A stretch of DNA of 61,812 nucleotides, the filler included, from Choristocarpus tenellus KU-1152 (lineage: Eukaryota; Protista; Phaeophyceae), in assembly GCA_964200185.2 (NCBI GenBank). It is 12 parts of 12 records of this genome, joined end to end, with 100 filler letters (N's around TTAATTAATTAA, not from the genome) between each part and the next. Parts side by side here need not be neighbours in the genome. Positions count along the whole stretch, not along the records: positions 36,876 to 42,818 come from CAXNAD020009351.1; positions 42,919 to 46,445 come from CAXNAD020019447.1; positions 46,546 to 53,591 come from CAXNAD020006794.1; 9 more parts are not named here. One strand, given 5' to 3'. Positions 38,228 to 49,242 of this stretch are shown piece after piece (the first letter of the stretch is position 1; every line of letters begins with the position of its first letter). The notes below the pieces were generated by a model. The model had not been told where the DNA came from. It did not search any database and worked only from the letters and a program-made list of their open reading frames with translations. The translations under genes and the position numbers were made by a program.

Positions 38228-38487
38228 GAGTCAAAGTACCTTAGAGAGTAGAGCTGTGTTTGTTTGGGGGCTTAAATCCTATGTTGCGATTTTGATGTAC
38301 TTGACTATGGTGTTTGATAGGAAGTGTCAATATCCTACTTCCGGACACAGCTTTTCATAATATATACATTTCCCTACTCTGAAACACTTCGGACTTGGAA
38401 AATGTTATAAAAAAATTAGTGGGAAGTCAAGCCCCATACATACGGACAAACAGGGAAAAACTTGTACCCTATAAGACACTTTCACTC
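38228..38487 (-). mobile_element. MITE family B, full diverged copy
   Basis: GAGTCAAAGTACCTTAGAG/ACCCTATAAGACACTTTCACTC; flanks ttc/tta. Confidence 0.85.
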
Positions 38488-38647
38488 TTAGTGCCTGCAC
38501 AATGCACCCATAAATTAATGAACATGTGGACAAAGTCCTGCTTCTTCATTGGACTTGCAAAAGTTATGTTACATATTTAATTCCGAATGGAGGAAGTAAT
38601 GTTTATATAAAAGGACGGGTAAAGGTTCAAAATCATGTGACACAATC

Positions 38648-38751
38648 ACCATTGCAAATCCGACACGTGCGACCAAATCACACCAAAAAGTGAAAATCGA
38701 AAAAAGGGTGAAAAACGGACGCCGACGCCTTCCCCCCAGTTACTTTGGCCC
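38648..38751 (-). mobile_element. MITE family A (variant A3), partial
   Basis: atccgacacgtgcgaccaaatcac...ccccccagttactttggccc. Confidence 0.75.
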
Positions 38752-38919
38752 TTGTCCAGGCATGACTGGGACGAGTGATCATCATGAGTTGTCGCCCGGC
38801 TACCAGGGTACTGGGCACGAACTATTTTGTGGCATACTCTACTGCACACATCAACATGATTGTGTGTGATTGGGGACTCTGCACAATGAGGTAGACGATG
38901 TGGTCGTGATGCTGAACGG

Positions 38920-39640
38920 TCAGCCGGACGACCTGTCATAAGTGTATGTGTCGATGGCCGAGTTGAGGACCTGGTCAGGGTTGATTCCCCTGCTCGGTGG
39001 CTCTCCAATTCTATCCAGAGAACGTTGGTTCTCTCGTTGGAGTTGGACAAAGTTCAAATGAGGAACTTGCTCATGATGAGGTTTTCGGATGACAGCACTG
39101 GTGGAAGTGGTGGGGATAGGGATTTGACCAGACAGGTTAATGGTTTCATCGTGTTTGGAGTGAAAGTATCTTAGAGGGTACGGGTTTTGCCTTGTTTGTC
39201 CCTTTGAGCTTGACTTCCCACGGGTTTTTAATGACATTTTACCTACTCCCAAATGTTTCAGAGTAGGAAATGTACGTTGTAAAAAGGAGTGTCTGGAGCA
39301 AGTATATTGACACTTCCTAACGCTAGCCAAAAATTACAACAAAGTCGCAACATTGAATTTTGACCCCCAGACGGACGGGGCTCTACCCTCTAAGATACTT
39401 TGACTCTTGGTACGGTCACGGGTCTGAGCAAATGTGGTCGCAAGTTCTTTTCGAATTTGTTCGAGAAGATTCGTAGGGAGTAAGCCATCTTCTGTGAGTG
39501 TGATTTTGAGTTGTTCAACGAGGAGGGTTGTTATGTCAAATCAATCTGAAGCGAGTTTGTACGACCAATATCCTTTAGAAAACAATCCATTGCCATCGTG
39601 CAACGTAGAGTGTATTCATCAATAGACTCTGTCTCTTTCT
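38920..39640 (-). pseudogene. Decayed ORF, possibly retrotransposon gag, split by a MITE B
   Basis: ESIDEYTLR gag-like motif. Frame LVEQLKITL...QTRDRT|KHDETINL is restored when the MITE and a 3-bp TSD are removed. Confidence 0.45.
39158..39406 (+). mobile_element. MITE family B, full copy
   Basis: GAGTGAAAGTATCTTAGAGGGTA/TACCCTCTAAGATACTTTGACTC; 3-bp TSD ttg. Confidence 0.92.
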
Positions 39641-39806
39641 ATTTCAAGGAGTTAATTTATGGACTGAAATACTCACAGAATGGGAAGGGGTGAACGCGTA
39701 ATTTACTGCCTTCTGTTCATCTTCCCACAACTTTGGAGGAGTTACAGGAACAGGAGTGTCCGGGGCGGAGTGTAATCTGGCTAAATCGCTAGGTGAACGC
39801 CGTTCT

Positions 39807-39986
39807 CGGTCAAAGTATCTGTGGGAGCAAGGAGATCTACACCAGGATGTCCATTCGGGCCCTGACCAGGAGAAGTGCTCTTACATTATCCATTCGATTC
39901 AAGCAACCAAATCACTAAGAAATCGCTCGACATGGAAAAATGGACCCCGAATAGACAGTCACCCCCCCCCCCAGATACTTTGACTC
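39807..39986 (-). mobile_element. MITE family A (variant A2), full diverged copy
   Basis: TIRs present; flanks tct/ttt. Confidence 0.85.
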
Positions 39987-40217
39987 TTTACCAAACCATC
40001 CATAACCATGTTGGAGCATGACCGAGTCCATGACTGTCACTACCTAACATGACCAGGGCCTTAAATTAGCCATATACAACCAAATTCAGACATGACCGAG
40101 TCCACAGCCATTGACCAATTCAACATGGCTGGGGTGCGGGTTGGCCTGCAACCATAAGGCCGACAGTGGACATGCTAACTGCCCGGCCCAGTTAAAAGCC
40201 TTGGTTATTGTCCTTGC

Positions 40218-42700
40218 TTATGTAGGGCTTATGAAACCTTCTCTGCTGCTAATGTTCTTTGTTATGCACACTTTGAAGCAATCCGACTTCCAGCGACCTG
40301 CTTGCTGTATGCTAGACAACCCTAGGCCTGCCATTGCTAACTGGGTTGCCCCCTCTATCCTCCTGAAGTGTAACACATATTTATTTGACTCCAGTCCGCA
40401 TACTCTGACATTTTTTTGGAGGGCTATGGTGGTGTGCTCTCTCGTCCACACTTTAACCCTGCTCTCATGCCCATACGCCACGAGTGGACTGTTTATTGGT
40501 AAGCTCTCATCACTAACCAAGAGCTCGCCGAGCATCTCTACAGCCCCTCTCTCCCTTGCACTGCCCTTCAGATCCCTCCTTCTTTTCTCTTCTCCATGTG
40601 TGTATGACATGAGTTAAAGTAAATGAGAGGTACCCAGAGTTGCATTGAAGGATGTGGACCAATACTTGAAAAGTTCGGCATTTTGTATTAATACGTGCAG
40701 GATACTTACCGCATTGAGTCAAAATTTTGCAAAGAAAAAATATGAATCGACCCTCTCAAGTCAAACTTAGCAATTTATCTTTAGAAAATATGGGTGAATT
40801 GCAAAAGATTGAAAAACTGACTTACAATGCAAAACGGTCAATAACTAGGTGCCTCTTGTTTACTTTGGCTCTGTACAACAGGTAATCATCTTCCCTTCAC
40901 CCGTTCATTCACTATTATTGGACACTCTGAAGCTGACTTTTTCCCTGTCTGGGATTCTGTGGAGAGCAGTGGGTAGCTAGTATCGGCCCCCCAATAGCCA
41001 ATATCAGCATGTGTTGAACAAAATTTGGATATATCAAATCGTTACTGCTGGACTTGGCAGATGGTAAGTTAATGCGAACCCCAACCACAGAACTCTTCCC
41101 TCTTTCCCCCAACCTCCAACAACTGTCCTCCTTTCATAATCATATCCCACGTCCAAGGTCTTCCACCTTGCTTCTTCTTAAGTCCTGTTTCTGTGCCGTC
41201 ATTTGCCTGTGTGGTTGCTTTCAATGCCTTCCTTACGGTAAAGTGACTTCTTTGGAGTAGTTGGTAAACTTCCACCTTGCCAAAGGCTTTGTGGCAACAT
41301 TGTACTACTGCAAGTACCTCTGTGCAGTGCCTACCTCATTACCTCGGACAAACACACAGTATGATAATGAAGTCAATCAATTCATCAACTGCTCTATCTC
41401 TGTGTCCCACCCTCTTTGTCTACCAATGGACCCTTCCCCTTCAGCGACCTAATTTTCGACCAAAGTTTCCGACTGGTTGCATAATTTCCCTGAGTAGTCT
41501 TTCCAATGGACCCACGAACAAGTGTTATGCCAAGACTCTTGAAAATATTTTTTCTGTTCTCTGTCCCAGATGTTCTTCCTGTCATGGAATTTCAGGAGCA
41601 AGATGATGGAAGTTAGTTTCAATGCAATTCTAGGATCACCTGGAAATCCCATTTATGAATATATATTTTGATACCCTTCATGTGCTGAACTTTAAAACAC
41701 CATTCCTTTTTGTCTCTGAAGTACCCAAAAACCTCATGGATGTTCCAGCCCTTTATCTCAATATGCTCACCACATCTATTTACTCATGCTACAGCTAAAC
41801 AGTTATCTCCTTTCATCTTGACTGAATCACCTGTTCCAGTAGACTGGTCCACCACCAATTCAATCATTTCCCACGCACAGTTGTACCATTCCAAGGAACT
41901 CTAAGAAAATAATCGATCGATATTTCTCCTTGTCTCCCTTTGTTACCTCTTATCAAACGCCTCTGAAGCATTGAGGCAAGTCAAATCTCCACCATTCTCC
42001 AAGTTCTGTGTAGTATTCCCCAATGGCTACACAACATGCGCTAGATACGTAATGTCTCTTCTCTTTGCGCTGAATGTGACTGTAGAAAGACGCATTGAGT
42101 GAGCTACTCTCTTCTAGTAATCTAATACAGCACCACCCAATCTACCCACCTACATCTGCATGGAATTCTAGTTTGAGTCGTGTACCCTTTCCTTCCCATC
42201 TTTTCTGTGCTTCCTATTCTCATGGATCATGGAGCCCATTTAGTCTAAGCAAATGCTACACATGATACTTTCATGCCCTTATTATGTAGGTCAAGTTCCA
42301 AAACGTACCTGCCAACGTTGCACTTCTTGTATGTTAGCACCTCCTCTAGAGGGGGGGTACAACTGAATATATTCTCGATATATTGGATCTTCAGGGACGG
42401 TAGAGATATTGTCATTTTGAGTGCGTCCAATGATCAACTTACAATTACTGCTTGTATCCAACTTGTCAGCTTACTAGGTGACAATATCAGTGGATCCCCT
42501 TCTTCTCTCACACTGAACATCCTTAAGTGGTTCGATAGGAGGCTATGTGTAGCTGTCAAACACATCTCTCCTCAGGGTTCATGCTGAACTATCCCACGTA
42601 AATCTCATCGTCTACATATGTTGCCGTGAAGAAATAATCATTTTGTGTTGAAGTCTGAAATTAAATCAATTATGCTCTTGTACGATGGAAGGTTGGTTGT
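40218..42700 (-). pseudogene. Tyrosine-recombinase (DIRS/Ngaro-like) retrotransposon remnant: RT, RNase H, YR
   Basis: RT TYVDDEIYV..RCLTATHSLLSNHLRMF..LDALKMTISLP; RNase H IIFLEFLGMV..MKGDNCLAVA*V..WCFKVQHMKGIKNIFINGISR; YR RPWTWDM...YVLHFRRIEGATQLAMAG..IQQAGRWKSDCFKVC. Confidence 0.88.
40611..40871. mobile_element. MITE family C nested in the YR domain
   Basis: TIR GAGTTAAAGTAAATGAGAGGTACCCAG / CTAGGTGCCTCTTGTTTACTTTGGCTC; flanks cat/tgt (both derivable from cgt). Confidence 0.78.
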
Positions 42701-42762
42701 GGTGAAGGGATATCGTAGTGCAATGAAGGGCTGGTGAATTCTGGTTGATGAACCTAGTAAAA

Positions 42763-42818
42763 GGCTCAAAGTAGCTGGGAGGGGGTGGCGGCTGTCCATT
42801 TGGGGTCAATTTTTTCAT
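42763..42818 (+). mobile_element. MITE family A, partial at contig end
   Basis: GGCTCAAAGTAGCTGGG..ggctgtccatttggggtcaatttttt. Confidence 0.88.
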
Positions 42819-42918
42819 NNNNNNNNNNNNNNNNNNNNNNNNNNNNNNNNNNNNNNNNNNNNTTAATTAATTAANNNNNNNNNNNNNNNNNNNNNNNNNN
42901 NNNNNNNNNNNNNNNNNN
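42819..42918. other. Artificial contig linker
   Basis: N44-TTAATTAATTAA-N44. Confidence 0.97.
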
Positions 42919-42940
42919 GAGGGTTGGGGGGGGGGGGGGT

Positions 42941-42992
<52 letters not shown>

Positions 42993-43391
42993 GATCGCAT
43001 TCATGTAACGTATCTGTGCCTGTGCCTCATAGCGTGTGTTTGACTTCTGTATGGGGGAAATCTTCAAACCCTAGTAGGAGGGGGAGGTGGAGGGGGAGGG
43101 GGGGGGAGTAATTACTGTGTTGGTGGCTCACTATTGTGTCCACCAGCCTCAAGTAGCACGAAGAATGCAATTCATGTCTTGTATGAGACGTGCAAACAGC
43201 TTGTATCTCCATTAGACGGCAGGCAGGAGGTTGCATACACTGTTTGGGGTTGGCTTGGTCCTTGTCCTCACACATCCTTTGTTTGTGCATTGTATGTAGG
43301 ACATGCAGCCTCTGTGTGCACACATTTTGGGTTCACTTATCAGCATGGCCAGATGGAGAGTTCAATGTGTATATAGGTATTAATTGAGGGC

Positions 43392-43585
43392 GATGTAATT
43401 TTGGCTATCGTGTTAGTTAGGAAGTGTCAATATCCTTGTTCCGGACACACCTTTCCATAACGTATAGATTTTCCAACTCTGAAACATTTCGGAGTAGGAA
43501 AATGTCATTAAAAAAAACAATGGGAAGGCCAAGCTCCAAACGGACAAAAAGGGCAAAACTCGTGCCCTCTAAGATATTTTCACTC
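43392..43585 (-). mobile_element. MITE family B, truncated
   Basis: Body plus one TIR (ccctctaagatattttcactc). Confidence 0.85.
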
Positions 43586-44414
43586 ACGGAGCTCCTTCAA
43601 TCACACCACATATGCCTCCACAATATCGTTGATGGAAGATTTGTACGTTGATCTCTATTGATATCCCAGTCAGGTGAGGGGAGCCATAAATGTATACAAA
43701 TTGTCTGACAAAACCACCCGCACCAGTGTCTAGGTGGAAGTTTGTGCCTGAAATGTAAGGGAATACAAATTTTATATAGGGAATTCAAGGTTTGATTTAT
43801 TGGTACAATTTAATATAAACATCAACACAGTGGCAAATGGTATGATAGTACGATACTCCTATTGAGCATCTGCTCAACAGTAAGTGTTAATCTTTCCTTG
43901 ACGATCGCTGTTGTCCCACACAATCAATTATGTGATTGTTTATTAGCTTATATCTAATTTGAGAAGAGAATGAGACAGAATAACCAGATGGAGCTCACCA
44001 AACCTTACAGCAAATAACTCAGAATATCAAATGATCCAACAGTTCTCTAGAACTCTTCAGAAACACTTCAATTCTAACATTCCACGAAACATCTTCTGGT
44101 CAAATATCCCGAGTGTCCCGCAACATCGTTTGTGCGTACATTTAATATGACTTCTAATCTTATTCTCACAAATGGTCAAGCATAATCTTGACTGCAAGTA
44201 TTTTAGGGCAGGTCATCTTGCATCCACGTAAATTGTCATAGAATAGCATGCCACCCTGAACTCATTCGCCCCAGAGCCCAACCGTTCGCCACAAACATCC
44301 ATTAGAGTCTCTTTAACTCCAACATGTTCAAGCAGCACACGTTTGTGTTGATTGCTCTACAGCTTACTAGACACTCATATGTTAATATCTTTCTGTAGCT
44401 GTTAACAAGACGAA

Positions 44415-44676
44415 GACCCAAAGCATTTAAGGGGGTAGGAGTTTTGCTGTTTGTCCGTTCAGGGCTTGGCTTCCCACCGGTTTTTTGTTCCCTTTATCGG
44501 TTTTCTGTGTGAACACAGTTTTACTTATAATGTGTACAACCATGAAAGAGGTGTGTGTCCGAAGGAAGGATACTGGCACTTGCTAACAACTTCGATAGCC
44601 AAAATTAATATAAATCGCAGCTTTGGATTTATGACCCCAAACGGACGCAGCCCTACCCTCTTAAATGCTCTGGCTC
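44415..44676 (+). mobile_element. MITE family B variant (B2), full copy
   Basis: TIR GACCCAAAGCATTTAAGGGGGTAG/CTACCCTCTTAAATGCTCTGGCTC; 4-bp TSD cgaa. Confidence 0.85.
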
Positions 44677-44808
44677 CGAAATACTATGAAAAAAAAGAAG
44701 GTAGCATGAGATATGTGATAGAACAAAGTAGAAACTCCATATAGAATGAGAATGTTCCAGAAGAACACTACATAAAGGGGAATATTCTTGGATTGAGCAC
44801 TTAGTTCT

Positions 44809-44870
44809 GACCCACAGCATTTAAGTGGGTATGGCCGTGTCCGTTTGGGGTCATAAATTCAATGTTGCGA
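44809..44870 (-). mobile_element. MITE family B variant (B2), partial
   Basis: gacccacagcatttaagtgggta..gtccgtttggggtcataaattcaatgttgcga. Confidence 0.75.
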
Positions 44871-46380
44871 CCCCCAGAACCAATGATTAAGTCAGTTCAA
44901 TGTTTTAACAATTTTTACACAAGCCGTTCAAACCTGAGACACTCAAGCTAGAGATTCTTCACCATCAATAGACTCAGCTTCTTCCTCTACAATGACCTCT
45001 CGCCCCCCACACCAGCAGGCCTCAACCTCATATTCAATGTCCGGGATAATTTGAATCCCAAGGAGGGTGACTCATTCCCCAAGTTGTAAGTCTTTACCCT
45101 CCAACTTCACAATCCGCCTCTGCCAGTTCAACACCATCTCCTCAAAAATTGCATTCATCCGCCCCATTCATCTCTCCTCTCCCTCATTTGCCTTCAGCAG
45201 CACTGTGAACTACTATCCAGTTTGTCGTGGTGTATCCCTCTCCGCTGTCATCCCGATGAAGGATTGTAACTGATGATCTTCGATATTTCAAGCCAGAGAG
45301 TGGGTTAAGTATGAACAGCTCGTGGAAGGACATGCTTACCCTGTCAATGTCCCCACTCACCTCTTACACCATAGGGAGAGTTCAACGCTCTCCTAAATGA
45401 GGATGATACTGGGGCAGGTCTCCACCACAGTGCAGTCCATGGCCCTGCTACAGAGACTGAGGGAGAGGTGATGGATGGGGTGAGTAGATGCCATGTCAGG
45501 GGAGGCGCCACAAAACTAGTGAAAGCGAGGGATGAAGTCATGAAAGCAATCGATGATGAATTAGAGGATGCCAGCAAAGCTAGGGTGAAAGCGTTTGAAG
45601 TCCTTGCAGGGGGTTCGGTGGTGATGGAGATAAGGAGGACGAAGGAGGAATCAAACATGGCATGTGAGCAGTCTACCACAAAGCGGTGTGAATGAAGAGA
45701 TCTGCCAATCGTTCTCCTTTGCTTCATCTTGAAGGATTCGAGACTCCACAGGAAGAGCGCAAGAATGGGCGTTTCAAGTCATGAAACGAAGCAAAGTACC
45801 TCCAAATCTACTGAATTGACACCGATCTGGGTGGAGCTGGACACCAGCTCATCTTCGGCAAGGAAGAGGGAAAGAGAGCTGGTAGGTGGTGATGGTGGCA
45901 AAGGTGGGGTGAAACGGGTACAGCACAGTAGAAGAAATAGAAATATGTCAAAATGTTGGTCCCATTTGACAGTTGCAAAAACAAGTGAAGTAGGGATCCC
46001 TATAGAAGGCAGCGGTGTATGAGAAGGGGTGAACCGCCCTATGTTTTTATTTTTATGCCCTGTGACATTTTTCAGATGTGTCAGGGGAAAAATCAACAAA
46101 ACCTATTTACATGTCAAGATAAACCCTAAAAAGGTAACGGTTATCATAAATGTAAAAGATATTAGTTTAATCGCTATTTTAGTACCAGTATGAGGAGTAC
46201 GATGAAACCACACTTGGGAGGGCTTGGCAGCTCCTTCTTGTGGTGTATAATCAAGTACTTAGATACAAAGGGGGGGAATAGCTTTCAGTGTGGAGAACAC
46301 AGGGGTAAGGAAGACGCAGTTGTCAGGTGAGCTTGAAAACATGCCAAAGGTAGGTAGACATGGAGGCCTTTTCTGTGGCT

Positions 46381-46445
46381 GAGTGAAAGTATCTTAGAGG
46401 GTACGAGTTTTGCCCTGTTTGTCCATTTGGGGCTTGACTTCCCAT
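46381..46445 (+). mobile_element. MITE family B, partial at contig end
   Basis: gagtgaaagtatcttagagggtacgagttttgccc. Confidence 0.9.
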
Positions 46446-46545
46446 NNNNNNNNNNNNNNNNNNNNNNNNNNNNNNNNNNNNNNNNNNNNTTAATTAATTA
46501 ANNNNNNNNNNNNNNNNNNNNNNNNNNNNNNNNNNNNNNNNNNNN
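46446..46545. other. Artificial contig linker
   Basis: N44-TTAATTAATTAA-N44. Confidence 0.97.
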
Positions 46546-46584
46546 GGGGGGGGGAAGGGGGGGAGGAGGGGGAGGGGGGAAAGG

Positions 46585-46630
46585 GGTTGAAAAACGATTG
46601 CCGCCCCCCCCCCCCCAGATACTTTGACCC
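46585..46630 (-). mobile_element. MITE family A terminus near contig start
   Basis: ccccccagatactttgaccc. Confidence 0.75.
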
Positions 46631-47228
46631 ATATATGGATATATTTGTTGCGAAAGTACATGCTGTATTGATGAAGGAGTGTTTTTTGGTGAAATACTTG
46701 TGTGGGGGCTGAAGTTATAGTAGTGTTGTGAATCGAAACGATTTTTCGGATGAGTTTGATCAACTGTATTTGTCGATGCACTCGAATATCATGATGTACT
46801 TCAATGTATTGCAACATACAACACGTAGTCCTCTGCGAGCTGAGCACTCGCCCCTCACCTTTGTTCTAAAAAAGAACTAAAATATAACGACAAATTATCC
46901 CTCAATTTTCGGTTTTGTTCAATCGCGATCTAGTCGAATCGTAGCGATTCAGTCACTACGATTCAGAATGTTACTTCTAAATTTCAACTTCACATACAAC
47001 TCACAACAGTGTCCAGCAATGACGTACCTGGATGGAAAATTTATCATCAAATACAAAATCCTAAATAGTGCCACCCTTTTAGGTAAGCAATACACGAGAA
47101 TTCGATTAATAAGGTGCCAAGCGATGCTGTCTTTTTGGTCAGTATCGTTGGCCTATCAGTGCAGATCTTCCGTTTCAACAGTGAAGAAACTATGACACAC
47201 AGGACATGTATACTAAGCACACAAACCA

Positions 47229-47339
47229 TGGATATTGGCAGTTCCTAACAAACATGATAGCCAAAATTACATCAAAATCGCAACATTGGATTTTGGCCCC
47301 CAAATGGAGGCGGCTCTACCCTCTAAGATAATTTGGCTC
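47229..47339 (+). mobile_element. MITE family B, 3' half
   Basis: ctaacaaacatgatagccaaaattacatcaaaatcgcaac...taccctctaagataatttggctc. Confidence 0.85.
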
Positions 47340-48784
47340 ACTTGCTTATATTAATAAGACACATTTGAACTGATTGCCAGTGTATATTAACCCGATAAGA
47401 ATAGGTTTTGTTAGGGTCAGGGATTCTTCCCACCTAATGAACAGTCTGATCTTCATCGTGCTAGAAATTGTATTGCTATACGTACATGAGCAAAATGCAC
47501 AGACTCTGTTGTTTAAATATAGTGGTGTGATCGTCATGTTCTCTTCCATTTATCTCCCATCCCCCTCCCAAATACCAACGAAGTTATGCTATGGTACTAA
47601 TGGACAGGTATTAATGTAGGTGGTGTGTTTGCATGCTTTTTTATTTGTGTTTTTCAGTGGATGGTTGCCCTATAATGATTGGTTTGGGACTTCGACTTTG
47701 ATGGTGGTACGAATGTTTTGTTTTGTAAACGATGAATAATTTGCCTGGTTGGGCAGTTTTACTTGTTGATTATTCAAAGTTTTTTTTTGCTTTTCTTCCT
47801 TTACTGCTTGCTTGTTGCAATACCTTTGCGCACGAATCCTATTAAACAGAGGACAAAAACAGTCGTAAAAAAAACACTATATAAAGGTAGGTTTTGGTCG
47901 TCACTGTAGATTTACTACTGGTACCTGATTCAACCACAATACCAACCTTTCAACTTAAATCTTCCTCACCATCCCCCCACTCTGTACCTATTTGCTTCCA
48001 TAAAAAGGCGGGGTTATACCCACTTGATTGCTGTTGTCTCACTCAGATGTAAGCCCTGAAGATTGAAGCAGAAACGTAGAAATAGAAAAGCCTTACGTCT
48101 AATCTCTGACTTTGCGTTCGTCTCTGTTTAGTGATTTAGCGATCGCATGATGAAGCTAAGAACTCGCCACATCTATATATGGACTAACCATTTATGGCTT
48201 TGTCTTTCTCGTTTATGTACAGGTTCAAGAAGAGTGGACTTAGGCTTTGTCTATTCTAAAGAAAAAGAGTTTCAGTAGGGAGGTAGACCGATCTGCATAG
48301 GGAAGGCAGGATTTTCATGGTAGATACAATTTGGCGAAGCACGAGAGCGTGAGAACAAGCAGTCAATGTAGTATTTTTTTTCGTCACTTGCAACGTTTAT
48401 GTTGGTGTGTTGTTGTAGAGTAGAGTTCTGGAGGTGGTACCTAGGTTCCTGAACATTACTACTTCTATCTAAACGTGTATCTGTTGCATCTGTTTTTGGT
48501 ACTACTACTAATACTAGTAACTACTTCGGACTAGTGCAGACTCTCTTGTTTCTCTGTGTTGCATAGCCCTGCTATGTTTCTTTTCCCCTCCTCTTTTGTG
48601 ATAGCAAATTAAGAGTGGGCTCAAAATATGTCGTATAATATAAGTCCCTACATACATATGTCTCTAGGTCATATATACATAATCGATTTATTGGTTGTTC
48701 CTTTACATTTCCATATCTTATTTTGTCTCCATCTTTTTCATTTCTGTATCTAAACGAATATACCTCTGCTTTTTGTCGTATGTG

Positions 48785-49005
48785 TTTGTGAATCGTACGA
48801 TCCTGTGTCGGCGGCGTGTTTCGCTCAGGGAAGGGTGGCGAAAAGAATCACCGGGCAAGACAGACCAGACGGACCAAGACGAACCATAACCGAGAGGACG
48901 ATGATAGGGTTGGATAAGTGTAAAGACTGCAGGGAATTGCAGAAAATTGTAGAGAGATGAGAACTTTACGAGAGGGGGATCATCAGAAAAAGTCAATAGA
49001 ATAAC
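48785..49005 (+). repeat. Dispersed repeat homologous to 26960-27160 (CpG-intact copy)
   Basis: Alignment by eye with the reverse complement of 26960-27160. Confidence 0.75.
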
Positions 49006-49063
49006 AATTCAATCAAGAATTAATGGATGATTTGAACTTCTTGTACGATAAAATGGAATGGAT

Positions 49064-49242
49064 GGATCAAAGTATCTGGGGGGGGGTGGCGGCTGTCCAT
49101 TTGGGGCTAATTTTTTCATGTCGAGACATTTTGGTGATTTGGTTCCATACGTTGGATGGATAATGAAAGCGCAATTTTCCTGGTTTTGGTCCAAATGGAC
49201 ACTCTGGTGTAGACCCCTCCCTCCCCCCAGATACTTTGGGTC
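49064..49242 (+). mobile_element. MITE family A, full copy
   Basis: GGATCAAAGTATCTGGG/CCCAGATACTTTGGGTC; 4-bp TSD ggat. Confidence 0.92.

Larger units (their letters stand above)
43590..45800 (-). pseudogene. Very decayed LTR-retrotransposon (Ty3/gypsy-like) remnant
   Basis: Fragments resembling gag (LESFKMKQ), a decayed knuckle (GEWGH) and integrase (ILNVRTNDVAGHSG, IIDCVGQ). Many stops and frameshifts. Confidence 0.35.
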
